Origin: Octopus vulgaris
Lineage: Eukaryota
DNA: 64,000 nt
Direction: 5' to 3'
Assembly (NCBI GenBank): GCA_951406725.2
Contig: OX597825.1
Coordinates: 64,914,001-64,978,000 of the forward strand
In this document: positions 26,639 to 40,560 of the stretch, one piece after another
Layout of the letters: each line of letters starts with the position of its first letter
How positions within the stretch are numbered: the first letter of the stretch is position 1
Translations under genes and position numbers: made by a program
Notes under the pieces: generated by a model
What the model was told of the DNA's origin: nothing
Database searches by the model: none
What the model saw: the letters and a program-made list of their open reading frames with translations, nothing else

Positions 26639-27367
26639 GGAAGACGATAAGGAGGAGTAGGATGATGAAATAGTGTATTCCAGTATAGCGAAAACAAATT
26701 CTTATTGAAAAAAAATTTTTTTTTCAATGAATGAGCATATTAATATATAAGGCCTCGCTAATAAAATAAATTATGTAGAAAGTGATACCTGGTTATCGTA
26801 TCTTTTTTTGTTTGTTTTGTTTTTTTTTTGTTTTTTTCTATTTACTTTTTCAATTTGCAAACACGAAAATATGTTTAGACTTACTACTCGAAGCTGTTTC
26901 GTTCTTCATATGGAATCTTTATTGTTTCCTTGCTATTCATTACGTAACTAATTATGTTTGCGAATCAGGTGGTACTTTTTTGAAGGGGATATTTTCCTTT
27001 CTTTTTTTACATGTTTTAACACTCGTAAATTAAACAAGTCTACCAAGTAATAGCCTAACATATTGTACCACACATATTTCTATACGTTTTATTCGTTTTC
27101 TAATTCTCCTAGTTTGATAAATTTTAATCTTCTCATTAAATATATTCAATATTAGTATTCTTATACATAGTTTAACTTTCATGTTCTCAAACGCTGTATT
27201 CCTGGGCATTCATTGTATCCGTATTGGACATATGCTCTTGACTGAAAAGGAATGCCATGAATACATGGACATTTATCCAGCGATGGGTGTGAGCTTTGTA
27301 CTCCTGGCCTAAACACCATAAAAATCCAACTATACTCCGGCATCGTAAGCGAGTAGTTTTCAAGGTT

Positions 27368-27430
<63 letters not shown>

Positions 27431-27513
27431 AGGTCCCGGGTTGAGTCGGGGTTAACCACAGTAAATAAGGTACTCAATACATAGCAGAGTAAATTAATTT
27501 ATTTTATAGAAGG

Positions 27514-27564
27514 AGCTTCTACAGGACTAGAACTGTTTCATTCAAATGAAATCATCAGAAAGCT
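27514..27564 (-). ncRNA. Predicted type I hammerhead ribozyme (mirror copy)
   Basis: Same motif on the minus strand because of the palindrome; stem I AGCTTT/GAAGCT with one U.G pair. Confidence 0.6.
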
Positions 27565-27611
27565 TCCTGATGATTTCATTTGAATGAAACAGTTCTAGTC
27601 CTGTAGAAGCT
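27561..27611 (+). ncRNA. Predicted type I hammerhead ribozyme
   Basis: Stem I AGCTTC/GAAGCT; CTGATGA at 27567-73; stem II TTC/GAA with a U.U pair at 10.1/11.1; GAAA at 27586-89; stem III ACAG/CTGT with loop TTCTAGTC; GTA cleavage triplet at 27603-05. Confidence 0.65.
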
Positions 27612-27630
27612 CCTTCTATAAAATAAATAG

Positions 27631-27689
<59 letters not shown>

Positions 27690-27694
27690 CACAC

Positions 27695-27840
27695 CTTCGC
27701 AACGCGGAGTAGATGAAACAGGGACAACTGAAGAAGGGGAATATTCTTCATGTTGTATGTCTCGTTTCTATGTTTTTATTTTATGTTTTTGTTTCTCATT
27801 GTTCAACGATTTTGTTTAATGTCCTGTACCCATATATGCA
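27695..27840 (+). mobile_element. Fragment related to the arm of the 32859-33552 foldback element
   Basis: GGAGTAGAT..ACAG..GACAACTGA(A/T)GAAGG...TTCATGTT...TCCTGTACC is shared with 33385-33530. Confidence 0.6.
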
Positions 27841-27914
27841 TGTATGTATACATATATATGTAGGTATGTACATATATATATGTATATATGCATATATGTA
27901 TATATTATTTATAT

Positions 27915-27950
<36 letters not shown>

Positions 27951-29971
27951 CACATACGTAGATACACACATACTCTCTCTCGTCCTCTTACATGTCTATT
28001 CCACTATGCTTTTAATATTTGTATAGTTTTTGTTGTCGATAAAGGACGTGTGCTTATTGGTTAATTTTTTAAGATATACAGTTTAATGTCTAGTTAAAAG
28101 GGACAATAAAAACTAACGTTATCTGTAGTTTACTTTACTTCAGTAGTCTAAAACCTGACTTCAAACGGTACTATGAGGGTGTCTTTTGCTAGTACAAAAG
28201 GAGTTAAGCTTTGATAATGTATAATTAATTTGATACAGCGTGCAGCACATGAGTAGAACTAAACTAAATATTTTATGGTATTTACGTTGAGCCCATCGAC
28301 AATAGCGAGCGATAAAGCCCGTTACCGAGTCGCTGGAATTTTATTAATTGCAGTCAATATTTCTTTAAATTCACTCCGGACTGTCTTACAAAAGGACTGC
28401 TCGAGGAAAGGAAATCCCTCCAGCGGCGTTGTGGTTAGATTTACTAAAGGAAAGCTAACAAATTCCACATTTGAACCCTTAGAAGAAAAACTTTGGATTA
28501 TGCGCTCCTAGGTTCTCTTCACTTATGAATTAAACGGTTTGCTCAAAAACTGGGTGTTTTGATCATAGGTCTCCTTAATCAAGTTTGATAAGGAGAAGAC
28601 CCTGCTAGAACTGTGATGAAATAATTTTAGAATAATGTGAGTTATATAAACAGTTTCTATGAAAAGAAGTAGAAAAGATGTAACCACAGAGGTAATAGTG
28701 AAATATCTGTAAAAAGAAAAAGATATGCCCCATGATATCAGATAGAATAACAGATACAGCATCGAAGACAAAGAGGAACATAAAACATATAAATTAGAAC
28801 GCATAGAGAAAGACAAATCACAAAGGCTGCAAGGTAATGGAGTTCACAACAGAATTATTTTCTCCTTTGTCATCCCAATTTCTCTCTCTCTCGCTTACAC
28901 ACACAAACACACACACACACACTCATACACATATTTATATATATTGATTAAATTATATATTTCCATTGCTTTAAAAAGCTAACAACTTTCACTTAGTACT
29001 GAGATGTTGATTCAGTGAGGGTTATTGTATTGAAAAGATTTCGAATTTGGCTAAGTTTGAACTTTATAGAAATGCGCCAAACATGAAATATAGATATGAA
29101 ATCTGCAATGAGATTTTCCTTAAAATGTTTTCTTATTCTAATTACTGTTGTACTTGAATAAATCTAGGCATTAATGAGACATATACTAGTTTTCCCTCCA
29201 CTGCACCCATCCCATAAACAACTGTAATCTATTTTAAACTCTTTTCTTCACTTTACATTATGTAACCGACACTTGCTTGTAGTTCCCCCGTAACCGACCG
29301 CGGAATTTCAACTTTAAAAATCAACAAGGATCTCTCAATTTAGATTTATTACTTTTCTTGAAGGTAGAAAAATATCTAATGGTCATACTTTAGCCTTTTT
29401 ATGTCGTTCTGTTTGTGTACATTTTTACTTTTGTTGGGTTCGAATTATTATTTGTTTAAATCTAATCAAAACACGAAGTTGAAACTAGAGGCCATCTTTC
29501 ATTTTTATTAAAACCATCTTATCTAAAAACTAGAAATTTTCAGTAAAGAATATAAAGCAACATTTCTTTTTTTTCCCAAATGCACATTGTCGTGTAGGTA
29601 CTTATGAAAGTATCGCGGTAAATTGAGTTGCATACTTTATTGAAAGTGTCCAGATATCAATAATAGAAGTTACTTAACCACATAGAGGTAAGTAGGTTAT
29701 CCGAACATACATAATAATGAAATCTATATTTTGACAAATAGTTCCTATTAATTCGTTGATGATACTTCCATTTTGAAGTGAGTTTCCTTTTAGTATTAAA
29801 GTACTTATGTTCCTCTGTGGGTATCGTAAAGTATATTATCGGAAAATAAATAAATCTGCGTGTGTGTGTGTGTATGTGTGTGCTTATGTTCATGTCTATA
29901 CACATACACACACGCACACATCTCTATATCTGTATAGAAATATAGAAGCGTATACATATATATATATATGA

Positions 29972-30014
<43 letters not shown>

Positions 30015-30834
30015 TATGTATATATATATGTATATATATGAGTGTGTGTGTATATATATATATAAATATATGTATATATATGAGTGTGTGTGTGTATATA
30101 TATAAATATATGTATATATATATATGTATGTATATATCTATATCTATATATATATATGTATGTATGTACATGCATGTATGTATGTATGTATGAACATATA
30201 TATATATATATAAATATATATATATACATATATACAATTTTAGGCTGGCCGAGTAGTTTCGTATTCCATTTCGCAGTCAGGAAATTCTAATTTTGATCCT
30301 ACTTGAGATGATATCTCGCAAATGCTTTCAGCTATACCCATGTTGTGGCCAGTAAATTGCTTTTGAATCCAACATAAATTTACGTTTGTCCGTGTTTATG
30401 TTAATATGTATGCCGCTGCATCGTTCATCAGCTTGGGGTTTTGACAAAAACCTTACGTCGTTTGATAAATAGCTATCGACAAGCAACGTTCAGACTAAAA
30501 AAATTGATTATTTAGGGCGATATCAACGAGTATAAATCATTGGAGGTTGTTCACACTATTACTGCACTCTAAAGTCAGAAGACAATAAATGAAACGTTTT
30601 AAATGAAAAGAAAAAATATAAATATATAAGCCCCTGCGTGTATCAGAGAGTGTTTGTGTGTGTATGTGTGTGTGTGTGTGTGTTTGTGTGTGTGTGTATT
30701 TCTGTATTTTTATCTACTCGTTTCATTCATTATTTTAATTTCTCTTTCCATTTTCTTTTTAGGTAAGTACATCCAAAACCAGGAATTTTCACCTCTTGTT
30801 TTTTAAAGTCATCGATGAGGTAAGGTGCATATGC

Positions 30835-30902
<68 letters not shown>

Positions 30903-31902
30903 AGAAGCTAATCAAAATATTGTGTGTGTTCTTGTAAATGGGTTTGGGTGCTTATTGCTTGGAAGCTATAAAATATATAGAACGATTGCGTGATTGAGAG
31001 TGGACATGAGGCCGCGAATGGTACATAAGCACATACACAGTTGTACACGGATACATACACACGTAATTATAGATAATCTGTAAATATATATATATATATG
31101 TGTGTGTTTGTTTGTGTGTGTGTGTGTATGTATATATATTTGTCTATATATATGTGTATATGTATATATATTTATGTAATTATATATATGTATGTGTGTA
31201 GGTGTATATACATACACGAGCACACACCCACGTTCCACACACATACAACGATACAGACAGGCAGACGTAAATTTGCTTTGCATGTGATCTGGGAATCAGT
31301 ATTGGTAATCGATATTCTGTATAATTTATTAGCTTACTTACCTTGAATAGTTAGAGATAATGGTTGCCATTTATCTAATCAGCTGCATTCACTAGTCATT
31401 TTTCTCCCCTGTCTAGCCATCTTCTCAACAAACTATTTAACGTTCTCTCTTTAAATAGCCATCACACTTTTCTTTCATTGACTATATTTCATATTTCTTC
31501 AAACACACACAGACACACAGATGTATATGTATGTATGTATGTACGTAGATGTTTAGTCTCTTTGCATATATGCGCTTTGATACTAAACAGGCAATTATTA
31601 CGTCTCTAAGTATACACCTATTATATAAGCATGTGTTTATGTACATCCGTCGCTAATGATATATTTCTGTTGAAAAAAACAGACATGTGTATTTCTATTT
31701 AACTTTTATGAGATTATATACATACATATATACATGTATTACGTATATACACACGCATATATATATATATGTGTGTATATATTTATATATGTATAAATAT
31801 ATATACATGTAGAAGCATTTATAATATACATTATATGTTAAAATAATAAAACACACAATATATCAATATCAATGCATGTATATATATATATATATATGTA
31901 TA

Positions 31903-31957
<55 letters not shown>

Positions 31958-32176
31958 GCTCGTTAGTAAATGTACATACATAGATATCGTAATATACAAA
32001 ATATATGAGAGTATATATAAATTATATACATGTCCCAGCCTGACCATTCTCTAAAGTATAAAACGAGTAAAAAATAAAATATCACGGTAGTGTTCTAGCG
32101 AATGCCAGAAACGAATAAAGAAATAAGAGAATATGTGTATGTATGTGTGTGCATTTGTGTTTATGTATAAATATTC

Positions 32177-32820
<644 letters not shown>

Positions 32821-32858
32821 ATATATATATATATATATTCATACGTACATACATATAT

Positions 32859-33550
32859 ACATATACACATGCATCTATGGGTACGTCACTAAACAGTAAA
32901 CAACATGAAATACAAAAGTAAATGTGCTTAATACTCAAACAACGAGAGAAACAAATTGAAAGCGGGACACGTTACATAAAGAACGACCCTCCGTCAGTTG
33001 TAGGCTGTCTATCTACTTCTCATTTCGAGCATTGATCGACAATATGAGACTTCCAAGACTCACATGGGTGCCAAAATATTTTTTGAGAAGAGAAAATATA
33101 TGAGAGAGATAGGATACGCGCTGTCCTTACGACACTGGTGATCCTCATTCTTTTCTTTCACGAATGTCTTAGGACAGCTCGTATCCTATCCTTCTCATAT
33201 GTTTTCTCTTCTCTAAGAAAACATTTTTTCAGAGGTCGCTATTTTTACCCACGTTCTGGTCAAATGACCCCCTTGTTTGTTTTTGTTCCCAACTTTGACC
33301 CTCCATAAGTCCCAAATTATATCTTGGCACCAATGGGGGCAACTCTCTTCGAAGACTCATATTGTCCTTCAATGCTCGAAATGAGGAGTAGATAGACAGC
33401 CGACAACTGATGAAGGTTCATCCTTCATGTTACTTGTCTTCTTTACCGTTTGAATCTCTCGCCGTTTGCGTATTGAACTCATTTCCTTTCGTATTTCATG
33501 TTGTTTACAGTTTGGTGACCTCCTGTACCTATATATGCATGTGTATATGT

Positions 33551-33552
<2 letters not shown>
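32859..33552. mobile_element. Foldback (long inverted repeat) element
   Basis: Outer arms ~32859-33080 and ~33325-33552 and inner arms ~33084-33134 and ~33164-33214 are diverged reverse complements; no ORF. Confidence 0.85.
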
Positions 33553-33648
<96 letters not shown>

Positions 33649-33671
33649 CATACATACATACATATATATAT

Positions 33672-33812
33672 ACTTAGCGGTTCGGCAAAAAGAGACCGAT
33701 AGAATAAGTACTGGGCTTACAAAAAGAATAAGTCCCGGGGTCGAGTTGCCCGATTAAAGGCGGTGCTCCAGCATGGCCGCAGTCAAATGACTGAAACAAG
33801 TAAAAGAGAAAA

Positions 33813-33815
<3 letters not shown>
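33672..33815 (+). mobile_element. SINE family A, 3' fragment
   Basis: ACTTAGCGGTTCGGC...GACTGAAACAAGTAAAAGAG. Confidence 0.9.
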
Positions 33816-33858
<43 letters not shown>

Positions 33859-35076
33859 GCCTTACACTAACACTTCTATATTGAAATAGAAGCATGGCAC
33901 ACTAGATTTTCATGCCTACGAGTGAGCGCTTTACTTATTTGGAGAATATTAGTTTTAGTCAGGGTATCGGAAAGGTCAATGGTTTGCAGTGATTAATAGT
34001 TTTATGTCTAACCTTTGACTATAGCGACCTCATAACCCGCAGCGTTGTTCCTGTAGACTCTGCTGCTTTTATGTGTCTTCAGATCAAATCTGATTGAACA
34101 GAACTCTGATCAAGCGAATTGACGCCGATATCAGCTTGTCACGTTTTCTGTCATTCAGTGTTACCCAGTACTTCATTATTGAATGTTTTTCAATTCAATT
34201 TATGGTATATTTTGAAAGTCTCTCAGACTGGTCAAACCCTCGGCCATCTACTGCTCATATAGTTGGTGTGTATTCTGTGATCTTTTGGCTTATTGTCTAG
34301 TTTAGTGAAGTCGGAAAACGCATTGAGGTCAGTATTTTTTGCTAGAATGTTGTAGATCTTTCTCACACTCTGTCTCTCGCCCTGTCACTCTGTCCCTCTT
34401 TCCTTCTTTCTCTCTCTCTTTCTTTCTCTCTCTCTTTCTTTCTCTCTCTGTCTCTTTCTCTTTCTCTCCCTCTCTCTCTCTCTCTTTCTCATCACTTTGA
34501 GAACCTACTGTCATAAAGTGGATGAGAAACGCATGTGTTTCTAGAAGTATGGAGGACTAGATGCGTTATAGCCTGACAAAAGGAGACATGATGGTCATTA
34601 TTGGAACGTCTTTGATCACATATTTGATCAATCAGTAGCGACCTATGACTAAACAGACAACAACAGCATAACAAAAACAACAATGATTATAATATGTCTT
34701 TTAATTAAATTCTGATGATGAGCATCACTAATTACGAATATTGAAACTATGAAATAGAAAAACAGACTTTTGATGATTGATTAGATTTATTGATTTATGA
34801 TATATTTAATTATTTTACGTGATTCTACATACGATGTGAGGCGGCAAATTGGCATAATCGCTCGAGCGACGGAAATAATATCTTGCCTTATTCATTCCTA
34901 GTCTATCTCGTGTTCTCAGTTGGAATCTGGCAAATGTCAACTTTACTTTTCATCATTTTAGGGATCGATAAATAAATTACCACTCCAATGATGAAAGCAT
35001 TTCCTCTCTGACTGTCTTTTTGTTATTCTCCTACTCTCCCCCTCTCTCTCACTCTCTTTCTATCTATCTATCTATC

Positions 35077-35675
<599 letters not shown>

Positions 35676-35956
35676 ATCCATCACATTTTCTCTCTTTCTC
35701 TATTCCTAACTCCATGTCTCTCTCTTTTTCTTTCTTTCTCTTTTACTCTCTCTCTCTCTCCATACCCATCACCCTTTCCCTCTCTCTTTTACCCTCCTTC
35801 TCACTCTCTCTCACTCTCACACTCTCTCACTCTCGCCATCTTTCACTCTCTCTCTCTCTGTTACTGACTCTATGTCTCTCTGTCTCTTTGTCTCTGTCAG
35901 TCTTTCTCTCTCTGTCTCTGTCTCTCTATATCTCTCTCTGTCTATCTGTCTGTCTG

Positions 35957-35999
<43 letters not shown>

Positions 36000-37462
36000 A
36001 TTTCTCCTCTCTTCCTCACTTAATTTGATCTAGAATTCAAGCGTCTATTGCTGTCACATTATTTCACTCCGATTCGTCCAAAGAATTGCATAAAAGCTGC
36101 ACGTTCCTATAAAGAACCCATTGGTTTACACGATAATTTACGTGTAAGATTTCAGTTGCTACACCTAGGTGCTTCGCTATATATCCTGTAAAATGGTAAT
36201 ACTTTTCGAGGCACTGACTAGTGCAACAGCGTTTAAATTGCCAAAATGAGGAATAGACTTTTACCATCATGTGCCTGAAGTTGGCAACGTCTATGCCATT
36301 GCTGGACCTATAAGATGCAAGAAATAGCAATTAATTTTACCTTTTAAACGGGAGTCGATGGTTCATGTACATATGCTTTATAAAATGGATCGGTGACAAA
36401 TTTGATAAATTTGCAGGATAAGGACTACTCGATAGACAATAAAAACACCTTTCTTACCTATTCACACAGGAACATACCCACCTGCGCATACCCATACATA
36501 TATACAATGATATACAAATACACATATACACACAGATATGTATGTTTTTTTGTTTGTTTTTAATTATTTGAATACTTCCTTTGAGGAAGGAGCTGGGTTC
36601 TAACAATTTTTCAAAGCTCCATTGCATGAATGTAGATAAAAATAATGCCTCATTTCAAACTTGACAAAAGTCTTGCATATTTTTACCGTTCTGCTGAGAG
36701 ATCGTGTATGTAATGTGCGAATTAACTGGTTGATTTCTTGCTCTGAAAAATTAAGCTTATGCAGATAGTCAATTGTATGTATGTATGAGATTGTTAAATT
36801 TTATTTTAAAATTTCTTGAGAAAGAGCCGGTTTCTAACCTAGATCTAAGGCTCTTTCATAGGAATGTTAACATCAACAATAGGGAATTTTTGTATGTACG
36901 TATGTATATTTGCAGATATGTATGCTTTGTTTTGTTTTTTTGTTTTTGTATGTATTCTGATGCATATAGTTGCATATCTAGACATGAAAGCATATCTTAC
37001 AATGGCACCTGTATCACAACATATGTATGTATGAATGAATGCTTGTATGTACGTATGTATGTACATATGTATGCGTCTTTGCATATTTATGTATCTATGT
37101 GAGCTTGCCAGTAGATAATGGAAATAAATCAGAATGTCATGAATTGAGGACAATTAAGTCGGGAGTGAATGTAACGCCTTAAACGATTTGGTTTTTTTAC
37201 TTTGTTAAAACTCTGTATTACATTATAAGAACTCATTACAAGAAAGGACAATAATTTCAAGAAATCTGAATAAATTTGCTCATGGGAATTCACTCTCTGA
37301 GATTTGTAGGCAACAAACGGTTTGGGTTCATGTTTTGGTCCTTTTCCGAGCTCATCAGCTGATTTTTACTCGTACTATATTTGTTTTGCAACTGTACATA
37401 TTTTTCATGCGGAAATAAACATTTAAGCTTAATGGTTAAGGAGTTGCTGTACAGGCTCCCGC

Positions 37463-37600
37463 TTAGAGACCAGGCGTTTTGCTCACGATCGTAAAATTAT
37501 AGGTTCGCTTTCTGTACCCTGCGATGCGTTGTGTAAGACATTTCATTTCACGTTGCTCTACTCGGAGTATACACACGCCAAAGTATCCAGAACGAGGCCT
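37463..37600 (+). mobile_element. SINE family D, degenerate
   Basis: CACGATCGTAA...GCGATGCGTTGTG..TTCATTTCACGTTGCTCTACTC..ACACACGCCA aligns to 3671-3929. Confidence 0.6.
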
Positions 37601-38259
37601 TCTGACCCTGTCGCTTGGGAAGGACCTTTGATAAGATAAATATCTAGCGTTAGCAAGCTACATGAATTTTGATGTTTAAGTAAAGAGCTGGATGCAATAG
37701 GCTGTTTATTTACATTCCATTAGCTTAAAGGTTTATTTGGGAACTAACTCCTAATTTCTTGTAGGCATCCTCTCTTCTTAAGAGCCACTTAATGTTCCTA
37801 TCTTGGATTGCGATTACTTTTGGACTTTTTTTTTTCATGTGATTCAAATGAAAGTTTCAAGAAATAAAGATTATAATGTGCACTGCAATAACAACACAAA
37901 TTTATATATATATCTTTCTTCTGCTATCCATAATCAGAATATCTGAAAAGATGGAGTGGCACATTCACATACAATCTTTTGTATGTACAAATGCATACAT
38001 ATGTTGGTGTTTCTCTGAATAGCTGTGGGTTTACGAATGTGCGCACATACATGCACACACATACACACATATGACAAATATACGTACACAGATGCAACGA
38101 AAACATAAGAATATTTAATCTAAACCATGATGCAATTATTATCAGTGAAATCAAGTTGCGCTGTGATTTATGCGAAAAGTTTCAGGTTGAACTAAAATAT
38201 AAAAAACAAGTGCGAAAATAATGTAAAAAAATGTACCAGACATTTTTAAAACACTACGC

Positions 38260-38310
<51 letters not shown>

Positions 38311-38431
38311 CATATATAACATTTTAAAAACATATAAGTATATATACACATACATATATATATGTGTGAGTGTATAATTATATATGTATATATATATGTC
38401 TGTCTATGTAAGTGTTTATCAATTTATCTCC

Positions 38432-38520
<89 letters not shown>

Positions 38521-39109
38521 TAACATTTCAAAAACATATATATGTATATACACACATATACATATATGTATGTGTGTGTACATGTATAGTTATATATGTA
38601 TATGAATGTGTGTCTATGTATGTGTTTATGAATTTATCTCCATCTATATATATATATATATATATACATATATGTATGTATGTATGTATGTATGTATATG
38701 CTAAAAATCGGTCATTATTATTATTATTACTATGTTGCTAGCTTTTATAATTTTCTTTTCCTTCTCTGGTGGATTTTAGATTTTGATTGTGTAGACGGCA
38801 CATATCAAGAAAACATATAATTGTAGTTTTACCGTTACTTCGAAAAATAATCTGGCGTCTGAAAGATTTCTTAAGACCATTTACAGACTGACTCTGGAAG
38901 TTTGGTAGAAATTTACTGAGGAAAAGAATGTAATGATTAATAATCACGTGTAATTTCCGGAAATGTGAAATATATATATATGGGCTGGGGCATGTATGTA
39001 AATATATAGATGTGTGGGTGTATGTATGTATGTATGTATATATATATGTGTGTGTGTGCATGTGTCTGCGTTTTTGTGTGTACGTGTGTCTGGTTTTGTG
39101 TATGTATAC

Positions 39110-39146
<37 letters not shown>

Positions 39147-39376
39147 TGTGTGTGTGCGTGCGTTTGTGTGTGAGTCACGTATGGTATGTATAAGTGATTT
39201 AGTGAATTTAATTGCATAAAACAAAAAGTAACAGCTGAATAAAATGTTCGATGTATGTGTAGTTGGTAACTATTTTGGTATTATAACTACGTACTTGCAT
39301 TACATCTGTGTGTGTTCGTGTGGCTACATACACATGTGTGTGTTTGTGTGTGTGGGGGGGTGTTTGTGTGCATATA

Positions 39377-40197
39377 CTAGGAGGTACCCAAAAGTATCTG
39401 GAATATTCTCTGTGGGACACGCCTGTTGTATTTCAGGCTTCAGCAGCTAGAAGCCACTTGATGCCGTTTTCAGGCATCAGTCTTCCGACCGGCGTCATCA
39501 TCTCGTGTCCTACTGTTAGTCCGGACTGTTTCAGAAAGCCGTCAACGGTGACAAAAGCTGGTGCTACCAAGCGAAAACGAAGTCGCAATCAGGTCGATGG
39601 AAGCATTTGATGTCACCACTCCCCCCAAAAGCGCGTCAAGTGAAGTCCAGTGTCAAGACGATGCTGACTTGTTTGACCGCTGTGAAAGGATTTGTACATA
39701 CAGAATTTTTGCCTACTGGTCAAAGAGTTAACCACGCATTTTTCTTGACTGTTCTGAACCAATTGCGAGACATGGTGAGACGGAAACATCCCGACCTGTA
39801 GCAGAGTGGAGAGTTTCATCATGACAATCGGCCTGCATACATCGCCTTGTTTTTGACCAAAATAGTTTTGGACCAAAAATGGCATGACCTCAATTAGTCA
39901 TCCTCCCTATTCACTTGATCATGCTCCCTGCGATTTTTTTTTTTTGGGGGGGGGGAGAATAAAAAAGGCCTTAAAGAAAATCGTTTTGCATGTGTAGAAG
40001 AGGTGAAGAAAAACCGATAGAGGTGTTAAAAGGCATCACTTCGCAAGAGTTCCAGGACTGCTTCGAACAGTGGGAAATGCGTCTGGACCGATGCATTGCT
40101 TCAAAAGGAGAATACCTTGAAGACGGTAATAGTGTAATCATGTAAATTTGAGCTAGATACTATTGCAAAATTCCGGGTTTTTTTTGGTACACACTCG
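39377..40197 (+). mobile_element. Mariner (DD34D) transposon, internally deleted and decayed
   Basis: TA at 39375-76 and 40198-99; diverged 28-bp TIRs CTAGGAGGTACCCAAAAGTATCTGGAAT / CGAGTGTGTACCAAAAAAAACCCGGAAT; peptides GDKSWCY, KARQVKSSVKTMLT, HHDNRPAY, HPPYSLDHAPCDFF and RCIASKGEYLE. Confidence 0.9.
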
Positions 40198-40202
40198 TAT
40201 AC

Positions 40203-40230
<28 letters not shown>

Positions 40231-40233
<3 letters not shown>

Positions 40234-40560
40234 AAATAAGAAAATGGAGAAATATATCTAAATCATTCATCAACTATCAGATAATACCGAATCATATACT
40301 TTATTAAAACACTACACAAGAGCATTAAGATTAGACATTAATACAGTACAATAATTACAATCAATATAATGAGGTATAACTAAATAAATATAACAAGATA
40401 TAAAAATACATATACATTATAACTGACAGCTGTTTCGGCCATGCAGATAAGTATGTCTCATTTAACCTATATTAGCCATATATTGCAGGTATAAATGAGA
40501 CATTAACAAAAATATCTTACGGCCTCTTCGGAGATTCAAATGTATAAAAATGTATAAAAC
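40231..40560 (-). mobile_element. Probable terminal fragment of a Penelope-like element
   Basis: On the minus strand a hammerhead is followed by an AT-rich tail, AATAAA (40300-40305) and (TA)n. Confidence 0.5.
40412..40545 (-). ncRNA. Predicted minimal type I hammerhead ribozyme with long stem II (U4C core variant)
   Basis: Minus strand: ATACATTtgaatCT-CCGAAGA-GGCCGT..[12-bp helix ATGTCTCATTTA/TAAATGAGACAT]..ATGGCC-GAAAC-AGCT-GTC^AGttatAATGTAT. Confidence 0.72.

Larger units (their letters stand above)
27432..27628. mobile_element. Short palindromic element, probably an inverted terminus of a Penelope-like element
   Basis: 132-bp palindrome (27497-27628) with one mismatch plus a 65-bp unpaired tail; lies between microsatellites; each arm carries a hammerhead core and AATAAA. 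Confidence 0.6.

Noticed and set aside
28275-28816. Higher-complexity stretch with short ORFs (similar at 24030-24700 and 10700-11200)
   Set aside because: Probably old transposon debris, but no diagnostic motif was recognised.
37310-37365. Hammerhead-like CTGATGA-GCTC..GACC-AAAAC on the minus strand
   Set aside because: GAAA is mutated and stems I and III cannot be formed; at best a dead relic.
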